A DNA stretch of 63,667 bases, filler included, from 8 parts of 8 records of this genome joined end to end with filler, not necessarily neighbours in it; one strand, 5' to 3'. Positions 20,401 through 31,072 are shown, counted from the whole stretch's first letter. A program made the numbers and translations. Notes: generated by a model not told the origin, from the sequence alone.

Positions 20401-23400
20401 TCGCGGACGCCCAGGCGCACGGCGTGCGGTGGGTGGCGGGCGCCCCCGAGGGCCTGCTGTGCGCCGCGGACGCGGTCCTGTCCGGCGACGTGTTCCTCTC
20501 CGCCGAGGGGTTCGTCTCGGCGTCGACCGCGCACGCCGCCGCCAGCGCGGGCCACCACGCGCAGTTCACGTTCCGGGACCTGAGCGGGGGCAACCTGTGG
20601 GTCAAGGCGCGGTGCCCCGACGCGTCGTCCAACGCCTGGTACGTCAACGGCGCGCTGTGGACGCTCGCCACGTCGTCCACGTTCACGTGGCAGCAGTACG
20701 GCACGGTCAGCTCGGCCACCGTGCGGCTGGACGCCAGCGAGCCGGGGTGCGACATTGCCCTCGCGTTCGTGGGGTCCGTCACCCCGCAGTCCGCGTGGAC
20801 CAAGCACTGTCCCCTGCGCGATCCCACCACCACCACGGCTACCACGACGACCACCACCACCACCGTGGGTGAGTGGCGGTTCTCGGAGGGCGCTGGGAGC
20901 GCCGCGGCGGACGGTTCCGGGCTCGGGCACGCGCTCGCGGGCGTCGGCGCTGCCAACTCGGCGTGGCTGGCGCGCGGCGTGTTCGGGCCGGGCCTGCGGC
21001 TGAGCGGCGCCGCCGCCATCACCGTGCCCTCGGCGGTGTTCGACAGCGTGGGGAGCGACGTGACGGTGGCGCTGTGGGTGCGCGGGACGTCCGGGTCGCT
21101 GCCGGCGGCCAACAGCCTCCTCACCGCGCGCGACGCGTCGTCGCAGACCAGCCTGGCCATCCAGATCGCCACGGCGGCGGAGGAGGTGGTGTGGACGGCC
21201 GGGTTCGCGTCCGGGTCGGCCGACTCGGTGTCGGCGTCGCTGGCGGGCACCGACTACGCCGGCACGTGGACGCACTGGGTGTTCACGAAGGACGGCACGG
21301 TCGGCGGCACGATGGAGGTGTACCGCAACGGCGCGCTGCTCGCGTCGGCGTCCGGCAAGACCAAGGCCGTGTCCGTGGCCACCGCCTCCATCGACACGTT
21401 CTACGGCGACGTGGACGAGGTCGTGGTGCTGAGCGCGCACGTGGACGCGCACGCGGCGCACCGGCTGTTCGCGCGCGTGCCGGCGGCCGCCGTGGGAGGC
21501 GCCGGCACCGGCACCAGCGCCACGGCCACCTCGGACGCGGGCGCCACGGCCGCCAACGCGGTGGACGGCGACGACGCCACGGCGTGGACGTCTGCGGCCG
21601 GCGCGGCCACCGCCACGGTCGTCGTGGACTTTGGCGCGAGCGCGATGGTGCGCCTGGCCCGCCTGCGCGTGGTGTGGCCCGAGGGCGGGCTGGCGGCGGC
21701 GTACGTGGTGTCGGTGTCCGCGGACGCGACGACGTGGCTGGAGTCGGCGCGGGTGAGCGGGGCGTCGTGCTCGACGGGCGGCGCGGGCGCGCGCGTGGAC
21801 GTGGTCAGCGTGGGCGATCGCGGAATGCTGGACGTGCGCTACGCGCGCGTGGTCATGTCGCAGCCCTGCGGCTCGCAGTTCTCCATCGCCGAAGTGCGGG
21901 GCGTGGGGCCCGAGTTCGCGCTGCTCGCCAGCAACGACGGTACGGTGGTGGCCGACGCCGCGTACTGGCAGTCGCGCTGCTCGTCCGTGCAGCTCGCGGG
22001 CAGCGGGTGGGAGGTGCTGGTGCTGATGGGCGAGTACTCGGACCTGTACTACCCCGCCACGGGCGAGTCGCTGTGCTCGGTGCTGGCGGGCGCCGTCGGG
22101 AGCTACTCGTGGGCGATGGGCGGCAGCGTGGACGGCGGCGTGGTGGGCCCCACGGGCGCGCAGGCGTACGTGGACGCGGACGACATGGCGGGCGGCACCG
22201 ACGCGCTGGGCGGCAAGGCGGCGCCGGGCGACGGCCGCGACTCGACGAGCGCGTGGGGCGCGACGGCGGCCAGCGGGCTGGCCGGGGGGTGCTGTCACGC
22301 AGACGACGGCGACACCGCGGCGTGGGGGCGGGCGTTCCGCGTGTACGTGCGGCCCGGCGTCCCGGCCTCCTTGGTCGCCACCAACGGCGGCGCGTTCGTC
22401 AACCTCACGGCCACGGCGGTGGCCGCCAACGCCAACATGTACTTGAGCGCGGTGGCGGTGCGCAGCGGGTCGTTCGTGCTGTCGTACGCCGGCGGCGGCG
22501 TGGCGGACCAAGCGGGCAACCGCGCCACAGCGCTCGCCTCGTCGGGCACCACCACGGTGCAGACCGACCTGGTCGCGCCCACGGTCGTGCTCGCGCTGGG
22601 CGTGCCCGAAGTGTACGGGTACCTCGCGGTCACCGTGTACGCCACGTTCTCCGAGGCGGTCACTGGGTTCTTCCTCAGCGACGACTACACCGAGTACCTG
22701 GACATTGCCGCGGAGGGCGGCGGGGTGGTGGGCACGGTCGCCCTGGTGGACACGGAGCTGTCCGCCGCCACGGGCGAGCAAGTGTACACGATCCTGGTGA
22801 CGGTGCTCTCCAGCGGCACGTACACGCTCACGGTGGCGGCCGGGTCGGCGGTGGACGTGGGCGGCAGCACGAACCCGGCGTCCAACAGCGTCACCGTGCT
22901 GGTGGACAACGAGCTGCCCACGGCCACCGTGGCGCTCGCGTCGTCGTCCGTGGGGCAGGCCACCAACAACCCCGCCATGCGCTGGACCGTGAGCTTTTCG
23001 GAGGAGGTGGTGGGCGGCTCGGACCTCAAGTGCGCTCGCGACGGCGTGCTGACGCCGAGCTTTGTGATGGACGACGAGGGCCACGTGGTCGTGCAGAACG
23101 ACGGGCTGACCGCGGGCCAGGCCGTGTACTCTTTCCGGCAGCGCGGTGCCCTGTGGATGAAGACGCAGTGCCCTTCCACCGCCGAGAACGCGTTCTACGT
23201 GGACCGGAACAACGACGTGCGCGCCATGTGGAACGTCACCGTGTCGTCCGTGTTCGCGTGGAGCAAGTACAGCGGCGACATTGCAAGCTCCACCGTGACG
23301 TTGTACGACGTGGTGCCCAACTGCCGCATCGCCATGCTGTACCTTGGGCTGGAGACCCCAAGTGACACGTGGCAAAAGGACTGCCACGTGCTGCCCGTGC

Positions 23401-23415
23401 ACCAGGCAAACGGCT
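17427..23415 (+). CDS. Fragment (probable single exon) of a giant surface protein: tandem bacterial-type Ig-like repeats, LamG-like, F5/8C discoidin-like and Cys-rich modules
   Basis: Repeating DxTxPxxT...FSE/FNE...D.AGN units; VGEWRFSEG...WTHWVFT...EVYRNG...FYGDVDEV (LamG); ANAVDGDDATAW...VVDFG...VRYARV (F5/8C); extreme GC3; GTGAGT donor at 23416. Confidence 0.8.
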
Positions 23416-23440
23416 GTGAGTCTTCCGTCCGTGCACAGCA

Positions 23441-23470
23441 AGAGAAGAGAGAAGAGAGAAGAGAGAGAGA
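23441..23470 (+). repeat. GA-rich microsatellite at contig end
   Basis: agagaagagagaagagagaagagagagaga. Confidence 0.85.
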
Positions 23471-23570
23471 NNNNNNNNNNNNNNNNNNNNNNNNNNNNNN
23501 NNNNNNNNNNNNNNTTAATTAATTAANNNNNNNNNNNNNNNNNNNNNNNNNNNNNNNNNNNNNNNNNNNN
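23471..23570. other. Artificial contig spacer
   Basis: N44-TTAATTAATTAA-N44. Confidence 0.99.
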
Positions 23571-24009
23571 TGGCGACGCGCTGCTGCTGGCCGCCCGACA
23601 GCTGGTCGGGATAGTGGTGCATCCGGTCCTTCAGGCCGAAGCGGGCGAAGAGCGCCTCGACCCCCGGCAAAAGGGCCGCGCGCGACAGCCCCTTGACCCG
23701 GCGCGGCGCCAGAAGCGCGTTGTCCAGCGCGGTCATGTGCGGGAAGAGGTTGTAGCTTTGAAAGACCATGCCGATCTGCCGGCGCACCGGCTGCGGGTCC
23801 AGTCCCGGCTCGGAGATATCCTTGCCGTCCAGCAGGATCTGCCCGTCGTCGATGGGCTCCAGCAGGTTCATGCAGCGCAGAAGCGTCGACTTGCCCGATC
23901 CCGAGGCGCCGATCAGGCAGACCATCTGCCCGGCCTCCACGGTCAGGTCGATGCCTTGCAGCACGGGCGTGCCGCCAAAGCTCTTGCGGATGTCGCGCAG
24001 CGCCAGCAT
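23571..24009 (-). CDS. Polar amino-acid ABC transporter ATPase, 3'-truncated
   Basis: Start MLALRDIRKSFG (TGATG overlap), GASGSGKST, LSGGQQQRVA. Confidence 0.9.
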
Positions 24010-24821
24010 CAGCTTGTCCGCCGGTTCTGCCGGGCCATCAGGTGGTCGGCGTAGCGCGTCGCGGGGATGGTCAGGGCAAGGAAGATCAGCGCGGCGCCGA
24101 CGTAGGGCGTGAAGTTCGCCATCAGCGACTTGTAGACGCCCGCCTGCCGGAAGATCTCGACCGGGCCGATGAAGGACAAGAGCGCCACGTCCTTCTGCAG
24201 GGCGATGAAGAGGTTCATGTTCGCGGGCACGACGCGCCGGATCGCCTGCGGCAGGATGACGAAGCGCATGGCGTCCGAGGAGGACAGCCCCAGCGACAGC
24301 GCGGCAGAGCGTTGCGAGGCGTGGATCGACTCGATGCCCGAGCGCAGGACCTCGGCCACATAGGCGGAATAGACGAGGATCAGCGCGAGCGAGCCCCAGA
24401 GGTAGGGCGAATTCCACGGGCGCGGCAGGCCGAGGCCGGGGATGCCGAAGCCGATCAGGTAGATCACGAGGATCACCGGCAGGCCCCGGAAGATGTCGGT
24501 GAAGGCCACCGCCGCCAGCCTCAGCGGGGTCAGCGCCGGGTTGCGCAGGTCGCGCGCGATGGCGACCGCCAGCCCCAGCGCGGCGATCAGCGGCGCGCAC
24601 CAGAGGAAGATCGCGATGTCCAGCAGGAAGGCGTTGAGCAGGCCGGGGAAGGTCTTGGCGAAGACCTCTGCGTTGAAGAAGACGCGCTTGACCGAGGCCC
24701 AGCCGGGCGCCAGCGGGATCAGCAGGTAAAGCGCAAGGAGGACCGCCGCCGTCGATCCGGCGGCGATCAGGTTGGACCGGCGGCGCTGCCGGGCCTCGAA
24801 GACTTCTCTGCGGGTGGGCAT
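24009..24821 (-). CDS. Polar amino-acid ABC transporter permease
   Basis: FRGLP, SAYVAEVLRSGI, ILPQA, LQKDVAL (HisM/GlnP family). Confidence 0.92.
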   Translation of the reverse strand: MPTRREVFEARQRRRSNLIAAGSTAAVLLALYLLIPLAPGWASVKRVFFNAEVFAKTFPGLLNAFLLDIAIFLWCAPLIAALGLAVAIARDLRNPALTPLRLAAVAFTDIFRGLPVILVIYLIGFGIPGLGLPRPWNSPYLWGSLALILVYSAYVAEVLRSGIESIHASQRSAALSLGLSSSDAMRFVILPQAIRRVVPANMNLFIALQKDVALLSFIGPVEIFRQAGVYKSLMANFTPYVGAALIFLALTIPATRYADHLMARQNRRTS

Positions 24822-24831
24822 GAAGGGCGCG

Positions 24832-25647
24832 TTATTCGATCACCGGGACGCCGGTCGTCTCTTGCAGCCACTGCGCCTCTATCTCGGCCAGCTTGCCGCT
24901 GTCCTTCAGCGTGGCGAGCGCGGCGTCCACGCACTCCTTCAGGGGGCTGCCGTCCTCCATCAGGATGCCGAACTGGTCCGGGTTCTCTGTCCGCTCGGGC
25001 GGGAACTGGCCCAGCAGGACGCCGTTGGGCACCACGACCGCCGAAAGGTAGAGCGCCGTGGGCAGGTCGAAGAGCGCGGCGTCGATCTGCCCCGCCTGCA
25101 TCGCCGCCGTCACGTCGACGTTGTCGTTATACAGCATCGGCTGCGTCTCGGGCCCGATCAGGTCGGTCAGCATCGGCACGGCGGTGGTGTTGGCATCCGC
25201 GCCCCAGACGAGGCCCTTGAGGCTGTCGAGCGCGGGCGTCGCGCCTGCATCCACCACGGCCTGCGTGGTCAGCACCGCCATGGCCGAGGTGTAGTAGGGC
25301 GCCGAGAAATCCACGATCTGCTCGCGCTCGGGCGTGATCGAGAACTGCTGCATGTTGAGGTCGAAATCCTTGGCGCCGGGCTGGATCGCCTGATCGAAGG
25401 AGGAGCGGATCCATGTCACCGCGTCGGCGTCGAAGCCCATCTCGGCGGCGAGCGCATAGGCCACGGCGGCCTCGAACCCCTCGCCCGATTCCGGGTTGTC
25501 GTCGATCACCCACGGGAAATAGGCGGGGTTGCCGGTGGCGATGGTCAGGGTGCCCTCTGTCAGGGTCTTCCCGGCGGCACAGTCCTGCGCGGCGGCGGCG
25601 GAGGCAAGGGCCAGCAGGCTGGCGGCGGCGGTGGCGAGGCGAAGCAT
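24832..25647 (-). CDS. Amino-acid ABC transporter substrate-binding protein
   Basis: Signal peptide MLRLATAAASLLALASAAAAQ; SITPERxxxVDFSAPYY (SBP family 3). Confidence 0.9.
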   Translation of the reverse strand: MLRLATAAASLLALASAAAAQDCAAGKTLTEGTLTIATGNPAYFPWVIDDNPESGEGFEAAVAYALAAEMGFDADAVTWIRSSFDQAIQPGAKDFDLNMQQFSITPEREQIVDFSAPYYTSAMAVLTTQAVVDAGATPALDSLKGLVWGADANTTAVPMLTDLIGPETQPMLYNDNVDVTAAMQAGQIDAALFDLPTALYLSAVVVPNGVLLGQFPPERTENPDQFGILMEDGSPLKECVDAALATLKDSGKLAEIEAQWLQETTGVPVIE

Positions 25648-25809
25648 GTCGGGGCCTTTCGGAAGGAACGCGCCGCCAGAGTTGCCGCGCGCGCGCGGGC
25701 TTGTCAATTTGTCGCCTGCCCGCAGGGGCGGTTTGCAGCTCGCCCCGCGCCGCGTCAGGCCCGGCAGGGGCCCTGTGCCCTTGCCGCGTGGGGCGATCCG
25801 AGGCATCGG

Positions 25810-26760
25810 TCAGCCGACGCTGGCCTGCGGGTCCAGCGGCATCACGCGCCGCAGCAGGTCGAGCGACCGCTCCAACGCCTCGACCTGCCCGAGCACGGTG
25901 TCCGTGTGATCGACCGAAAGCCAGCCGTCGTAGCCCGCCACCCGCAGGTGATAGCAGAACTGGCGCCACCAGCCCGCATCATGGCCGATGCCCGGGGTCA
26001 CGGCGGTCCACGCCCGCGCCGGGATGTCGTTGCAGCATTGGGTGTCGAGGTTCGTCGACACCGCCTGCACGGCGGCATTCGTCATGGTGTCGCGGGCGTG
26101 GACATGAAACAGCGCCTCGCGCAGCTGCGCCACCATGGCGATCGGGTCGCCGCCCATCCAGAACTGCTGCGACGGGTTGAGCGTCGCGCCCAGCATCGGC
26201 CCCACCTCGTCGCGCAGGCGCATCAGGCCGGGCACGTTGTGGACGCTTTGGTGGCCATGAAGCTCGAGCGCGATGCGCCGCACGCCGTTTTCGCGCGCAA
26301 GGGCCGCCATGCCGGTCCAATAGGGCAGCAACACGTCCTCCCACTGATATTGCAGGACGTCCTGCACCTCCGGCGGCCATGGGGTGACGATCCAGCAGGG
26401 GGTCTGATCGGTGGCGGATCCGGCGGGCAGACCGGACATGGTGCAGACCGTCTCGACCCCCAGCGCGCCGGCAAGCCGGATGGTGTCCGCAAGGCAATCG
26501 CCCTGCGCGCGGTCCACCGGGTGCAGCGGATTTCCGGGCATGGTCAGCGCGACGAGGTCCAGCCCCCGCGCGTCGAATTCCGCGCGAAAGGCGGCGCGCG
26601 CGGCGGCGCTGGCGATCAGCGTGGCAAGATCGCAATGCGGCGCAGCGGACCAGCCGCCGGTCGAGATCTCGACACCATCCGCGCCCAGCCGCAGGGCCTG
26701 ATCCAGCGCCCCCGGCAACGGCCGGTCGGCCAGCCCGTCGGTGACAAACCCAAGTTTCAT
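25810..26760 (-). CDS. Xylose-isomerase-like TIM barrel (sugar-phosphate isomerase/epimerase family) with altered metal ligands
   Basis: GGWSAAPH, GNPLHP, MSGLP, IALELH, HVHARD, GYDGWLSVDH. Confidence 0.85.
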   Translation of the reverse strand: MKLGFVTDGLADRPLPGALDQALRLGADGVEISTGGWSAAPHCDLATLIASAAARAAFRAEFDARGLDLVALTMPGNPLHPVDRAQGDCLADTIRLAGALGVETVCTMSGLPAGSATDQTPCWIVTPWPPEVQDVLQYQWEDVLLPYWTGMAALARENGVRRIALELHGHQSVHNVPGLMRLRDEVGPMLGATLNPSQQFWMGGDPIAMVAQLREALFHVHARDTMTNAAVQAVSTNLDTQCCNDIPARAWTAVTPGIGHDAGWWRQFCYHLRVAGYDGWLSVDHTDTVLGQVEALERSLDLLRRVMPLDPQASVG

Positions 26761-26962
26761 GTGGAGCATCCTTCGTTCCCGGCCCCAGACTTAGCGCCAA
26801 GAGGTAAACCGCAGGTTTCCCCCATCCCGCGCCGAGGGGGATCAATGGCAGATCAATTTCGCCGCCCGGATGTCTTGGGTGGTTGACCCCCGGCCAAAGC
26901 TTTTCCACACTCTCCCCGAGTCCGGCCGCATCGACGGCATGACCAACCGGGAGGAGATACCA

Positions 26963-28240
26963 ATGACTTTCATGCGCGCGGGCGTTGCCGCGTCGGTTTC
27001 GACGCTTGCCCTGCTGTCCGCTTCGGCCGGTTGGGCCGTGGACATCGACCTGATGATCTCGGACGTGGACGGCAAGGCCGCGATCGTTCAGGAGTTCGTC
27101 GACCGCTATCAGGAGCAGAACCCCGACGTCGCGATCACGCTGAACGCGGTCGGCTACAACGTCATCCGCGAGCAGCTGCCGATCCAGCTGGAGGCCGGAA
27201 GCGGCCCCGACCTGTCCTTCGTCACCAACCTCGGGGGCCTGCAGCCCTATTACGTCGACCTCACGCCCCACGTCGATGCCGCCGCATGGGAAGAGGCCTA
27301 TGGCGCCGTCCTGCCGTGGTATCGCGCCGGGACCGAGGGCGGGATCTACGGCTTTCACACCGAGATGACGGTCACGGGGCCCTACGTGAACCTTACGATG
27401 TTCGAAGAGGCGGGCGTCGACCTGCCGGAGCCGGGCGCGACCTGGGAGGACTGGGCCGAAGCGACGCAGGCGGTGATGGACGCGACCGGCAGCTATGCCG
27501 GGATGGTCATGGACCGCTCGGGCCACCGCATGGCCGGCCCCGCCATGTCCTACGGCGCGGCCTATTACGACGATCAGGGCCACCTCGTGGTCGACGAAGG
27601 GTTCCGCACCTTCTCGCAGATGATGCTCGACTGGCACGAAAGCGGGCTGATGCCGCCCGACATCTGGCCCGCCGCCTCGGGCGCCAAGTACACCAACGGC
27701 AACGAGCTGTTCTTCAACCAAGAGGTGCCCTTCTACATGTCCGGCTCGTGGAACACCGCGAACGTGCATGACAACGTGGGCGACGCCTTCGACTGGGCCG
27801 TGGTGCCGGTGCCCTGCGGTCCCGAGGGCTGCGGCGTGATGCCGGGCGGGCAGGGCTTCGTCGCCTTCAAGTCGGGCGATCCCGCGCAGGAAGAGGCGGC
27901 GGCGAAGTTCGTCGCATGGATGGCCGAAGAGGAACAGGCGCGCGAGTGGTACACCCGCACCTTCGCCATTCCCGCCCACGCGGGCCTTCAGGCCGAGGGG
28001 CTGGATTACCAGTCGGCAGGCGCCTCCGAGGCCGTGGCCGAGGCGCTGGCGACCTTCACCGACATGGCCGCCGCCGCCGCCGAACAGACCCCGCAGGCCT
28101 ATGACCTGCAGGGCGACAAGTTCGGCTTCGTCATGTACAACGCCACGGTCCAGTACCTCTCTGCCGCGATGAACGGAGAGCTGACGCTGGACGAGGCGAT
28201 GGACAAGATCGGCGAAGAGCTGGAAACCAACGCGCGCTAA
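26963..28240 (+). CDS. Carbohydrate ABC transporter substrate-binding protein
   Basis: SD GGAGGAG, signal peptide, GSGPDL, TWEDW, SGSW (SBP family 1). Confidence 0.9.
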   Translation: MTFMRAGVAASVSTLALLSASAGWAVDIDLMISDVDGKAAIVQEFVDRYQEQNPDVAITLNAVGYNVIREQLPIQLEAGSGPDLSFVTNLGGLQPYYVDLTPHVDAAAWEEAYGAVLPWYRAGTEGGIYGFHTEMTVTGPYVNLTMFEEAGVDLPEPGATWEDWAEATQAVMDATGSYAGMVMDRSGHRMAGPAMSYGAAYYDDQGHLVVDEGFRTFSQMMLDWHESGLMPPDIWPAASGAKYTNGNELFFNQEVPFYMSGSWNTANVHDNVGDAFDWAVVPVPCGPEGCGVMPGGQGFVAFKSGDPAQEEAAAKFVAWMAEEEQAREWYTRTFAIPAHAGLQAEGLDYQSAGASEAVAEALATFTDMAAAAAEQTPQAYDLQGDKFGFVMYNATVQYLSAAMNGELTLDEAMDKIGEELETNAR

Positions 28241-28297
28241 GGCGCGTGACGCGGCGGGCCGGTCGTTCCGGCCCGTCCCTGAACGGGGAGAGACAGC

Positions 28298-29713
28298 TTG
28301 GCCGGTCTTCTGATGGCGGTGATCGGGGCGGCCTGGCTGCTGGGCGGGTCGCTCTGGCTTTTGTCGCGGCGCCGCTACGCGCTGCGGCAGGCGCCGCAAT
28401 TCGCGATGGATCTGCTGGGCGTCCCGGTGGACCTCGCGCAGCGTCTCTTCGGGCGCGGCGGCGTGCCCTACGCGCTGCTTCTGCCGAACCTGCTGATCTT
28501 CGGCTTCTTCACCTTCCTGCCGATGTTGCTGAACCTCTACGTCTCGATGACCGGAGGCACGTCGATCGCGCTTTTCGACCGGCCCTTCGTCGGCCTGCAG
28601 AAATTCGCGGAGCTCTTCGACTGCGAAAGCCTGCTGATCCCCAAGACCTGTACGAACGCGGGCTACAACTTCTGGACGGGCATGTGGAACACGCTGCTGT
28701 TCGTCGTGGTGCAGGTGCCGGTGATGGTCGCGGCGGCCATGGTCACGGCGCTGGTGGTGAACCGCGACATCAAGGGGCGGGGCTTCTGGCGGGCGATGTT
28801 CTTCTACCCGGTGATGCTGTCGCCGGTGGTGATCGCCAACATCTGGAACTGGGTTCTGCACCGCAAGGGCGCGCTGAACGCCGCGCTGGAAGAGGCGCAG
28901 GGCGGGATGACGGCGCTGGCGGGGCTCGCGGGCTTCGACATCGTGATGACGGTGCTTTTCGGCATCGCGCTGATGGTGGTCACGGAACGCGCCCTGCGGG
29001 CGGGCGAGGGGCCGTCGCTGTCCTGGACGGCGGTCTTCGCGGGGCTCTTCGTGCTGCTGGCGGCTTGGGCGCAACCGCTCAGCCTGCTGGACCTGCCGGG
29101 ATCGACCGTGGTCGGCGCGGCCTTGGCGGCAGGGCTGGTCTGGTCCGTGGCCACCGACCGCGCCGCGCGCGCGGCGCTGACGCTGGCGGCGGTGCTGGCG
29201 GCGGCCATGCTGCTGGCGATCCAGTTCGACGCGGTCTTCGACTTCGGCCACTACCGCCCGACCAACTGGCTGGTGACACCCAACACCGGCTGGCCGTTCT
29301 TCTGGCTGGTCTTCGTCTTCTGCTGGTCGCACATGGGGTTCTACATGCTGATCCTGCTGGCCGGGCTGCAGGCCATCCCCCGCGACCTCTACGAAGCCGC
29401 CCGCATGGATGCCACGAAACCGTGGCGGGCCTTCTGGCGGATCACCCTGCCGCTGGTCATGCCGACGCTGACCGTGGTGATCGTGCTCAGCCTGATCCGC
29501 AGCTTCCAGATCTTCGACGAGGTCTACCTGTTGACCGGCGGGGGCCCGGGGCGCGAGACCTTCATGGTGGTGCAGAACATCTACGAGGTGGCCTTCACCA
29601 GCAACATGCCCGACTACGGACAGGCGGCGGCGGGCTCGATCCTCATGGCTCTGGTGATCGCCGTCTTCACCTTCGTCCAGTTGTGGGTCACGAGAAGGCA
29701 ATCGGAACTATGA
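28298..29713 (+). CDS. Carbohydrate ABC permease 1 with extra TM insertion
   Basis: LLLPNL, FFYPVMLSPVV, GLQAIPRDLYEAARMDA, FQIFDEVYLLTGGGP. Confidence 0.9.
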   Translation: MAGLLMAVIGAAWLLGGSLWLLSRRRYALRQAPQFAMDLLGVPVDLAQRLFGRGGVPYALLLPNLLIFGFFTFLPMLLNLYVSMTGGTSIALFDRPFVGLQKFAELFDCESLLIPKTCTNAGYNFWTGMWNTLLFVVVQVPVMVAAAMVTALVVNRDIKGRGFWRAMFFYPVMLSPVVIANIWNWVLHRKGALNAALEEAQGGMTALAGLAGFDIVMTVLFGIALMVVTERALRAGEGPSLSWTAVFAGLFVLLAAWAQPLSLLDLPGSTVVGAALAAGLVWSVATDRAARAALTLAAVLAAAMLLAIQFDAVFDFGHYRPTNWLVTPNTGWPFFWLVFVFCWSHMGFYMLILLAGLQAIPRDLYEAARMDATKPWRAFWRITLPLVMPTLTVVIVLSLIRSFQIFDEVYLLTGGGPGRETFMVVQNIYEVAFTSNMPDYGQAAAGSILMALVIAVFTFVQLWVTRRQSEL

Positions 29714-29765
29714 TCGCAGGACGCGCAAAAGGCGCTTCGAAGCGCCTTTCACCGGAGCACAAGGC

Positions 29766-30842
29766 ATGAGCGTCGCGCGCTTCCTCACCCGGACGGCGGG
29801 CAACCGCGAGACCGCGCAGCGTTTCGGCCTGCAGGATGTGCTGGCCTACGGATACCTCGCCCTTGGCGTGCTGATGATCCTCGTCCCCGTCCTCTGGACG
29901 CTCTTCTCCTCGATCAAGTCGGAAACCGCCGTCGACAGCTTCGACACCCGCCTCTTGCCGCTGGCACAGGTCACGGCCGAGGTCGCGGGAGAGGGCGAGA
30001 AACCGCTCTGGGTGCTGACCGAAGAGGGGGAGGAGCGTCTGGTCTTCAAGGCCGGGCCCACGCGCAAGATCACCGAGGTCTCGCCGCTCGATGACCCCGA
30101 CACGGTGCTGGAGGTCCCGCGCGAGCAGCTTCGCCCGCACGAAGAGCTGCGCATCGCGACGGAGAACTACCTCGACCCGATCCTGAAGCGGAACGGCCAG
30201 ACCACCTTCGACTTCTTCACCTACCTTCGGAACTCTGTCTTCGTCACCGTCGCGGCCACTCTGATCACCCTGCTCATCAACGCCATGGCGGCCTTTGCCC
30301 TGTCGAAATACCGCTTTCGCGGCAGGCTGACCTTCACCATCCTCATCGTCGCGACCCTGCTGATCCCGCCCTCGATCATCCTCGTCTCGCTGTTCTTCGT
30401 GGTCTGGTCCTTCGGCATCTTCGGCTCGCTCTGGGGCGTCATCATCCCCGCCGCCGCCACGCCCACGGGCGTCTTTCTGCTGCGCCAGTACATGCTGACG
30501 ATCCCCGACGAACTGCTCGAGGCCGCGCGCATGGACGCCGCCAGCGAATGGCTGATCTTCTGGCGCATCATCATGCCGCTCTCGCTGCCCGCGCTTTCGG
30601 TGCTGGCCATCCTCAGCGTGATCTGGCGCTGGAACGACTTCCTCTGGCCGCTGATCGTGCTGATCTCGGACCCGTCGAAACACACGCTGCAACTGGGGCT
30701 CACCCAGTTCGCCGGAGAGTTCAACTCCGACTTCCACTACATCCTCGCGATGACCGTTGTGACGCTGATCCCGATCACCCTCGTCTTCGTCTGGCTCCAG
30801 CGCTTCATCACCACCGGGATCGCGACGACTGGACTGAAATGA
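29766..30842 (+). CDS. Carbohydrate ABC permease 2
   Basis: [30 protein letters not shown]. Confidence 0.92.
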   Translation: MSVARFLTRTAGNRETAQRFGLQDVLAYGYLALGVLMILVPVLWTLFSSIKSETAVDSFDTRLLPLAQVTAEVAGEGEKPLWVLTEEGEERLVFKAGPTRKITEVSPLDDPDTVLEVPREQLRPHEELRIATENYLDPILKRNGQTTFDFFTYLRNSVFVTVAATLITLLINAMAAFALSKYRFRGRLTFTILIVATLLIPPSIILVSLFFVVWSFGIFGSLWGVIIPAAATPTGVFLLRQYMLTIPDELLEAARMDAASEWLIFWRIIMPLSLPALSVLAILSVIWRWNDFLWPLIVLISDPSKHTLQLGLTQFAGEFNSDFHYILAMTVVTLIPITLVFVWLQRFITTGIATTGLK

Positions 30843-30972
30843 CCCACGCGCTGGAACTGAAGGACATCCGCAAGAGCTTTGGCGAGGTCGACGTGATCCA
30901 CGGCATCGACCTGCACATGGAGGACGGCGAATTCGTCGTCTTCGTCGGCCCGTCCGGCTGCGGCAAGTCCAC
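30839..30972 (+). CDS. Carbohydrate ABC ATPase (MalK/UgpC-like), 3'-truncated
   Basis: [15 protein letters not shown]...[19 protein letters not shown] overlap. Confidence 0.88.
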
Positions 30973-31072
30973 NNNNNNNNNNNNNNNNNNNNNNNNNNNN
31001 NNNNNNNNNNNNNNNNTTAATTAATTAANNNNNNNNNNNNNNNNNNNNNNNNNNNNNNNNNNNNNNNNNNNN
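30973..31072. other. Artificial contig spacer
   Basis: N44-TTAATTAATTAA-N44. Confidence 0.99.

Noticed and set aside
17367-23441. 2024-aa minus-strand ORF and the 1122/830-aa alternative-frame ORFs
   Set aside because: Arg/Gly/His-rich shadows of the extreme GC3 bias of the real + frame; no domain signal
24772-29701. 704-aa (+) and 1240-aa (-) long ORFs
   Set aside because: Antisense shadows spanning well-supported ABC and isomerase genes
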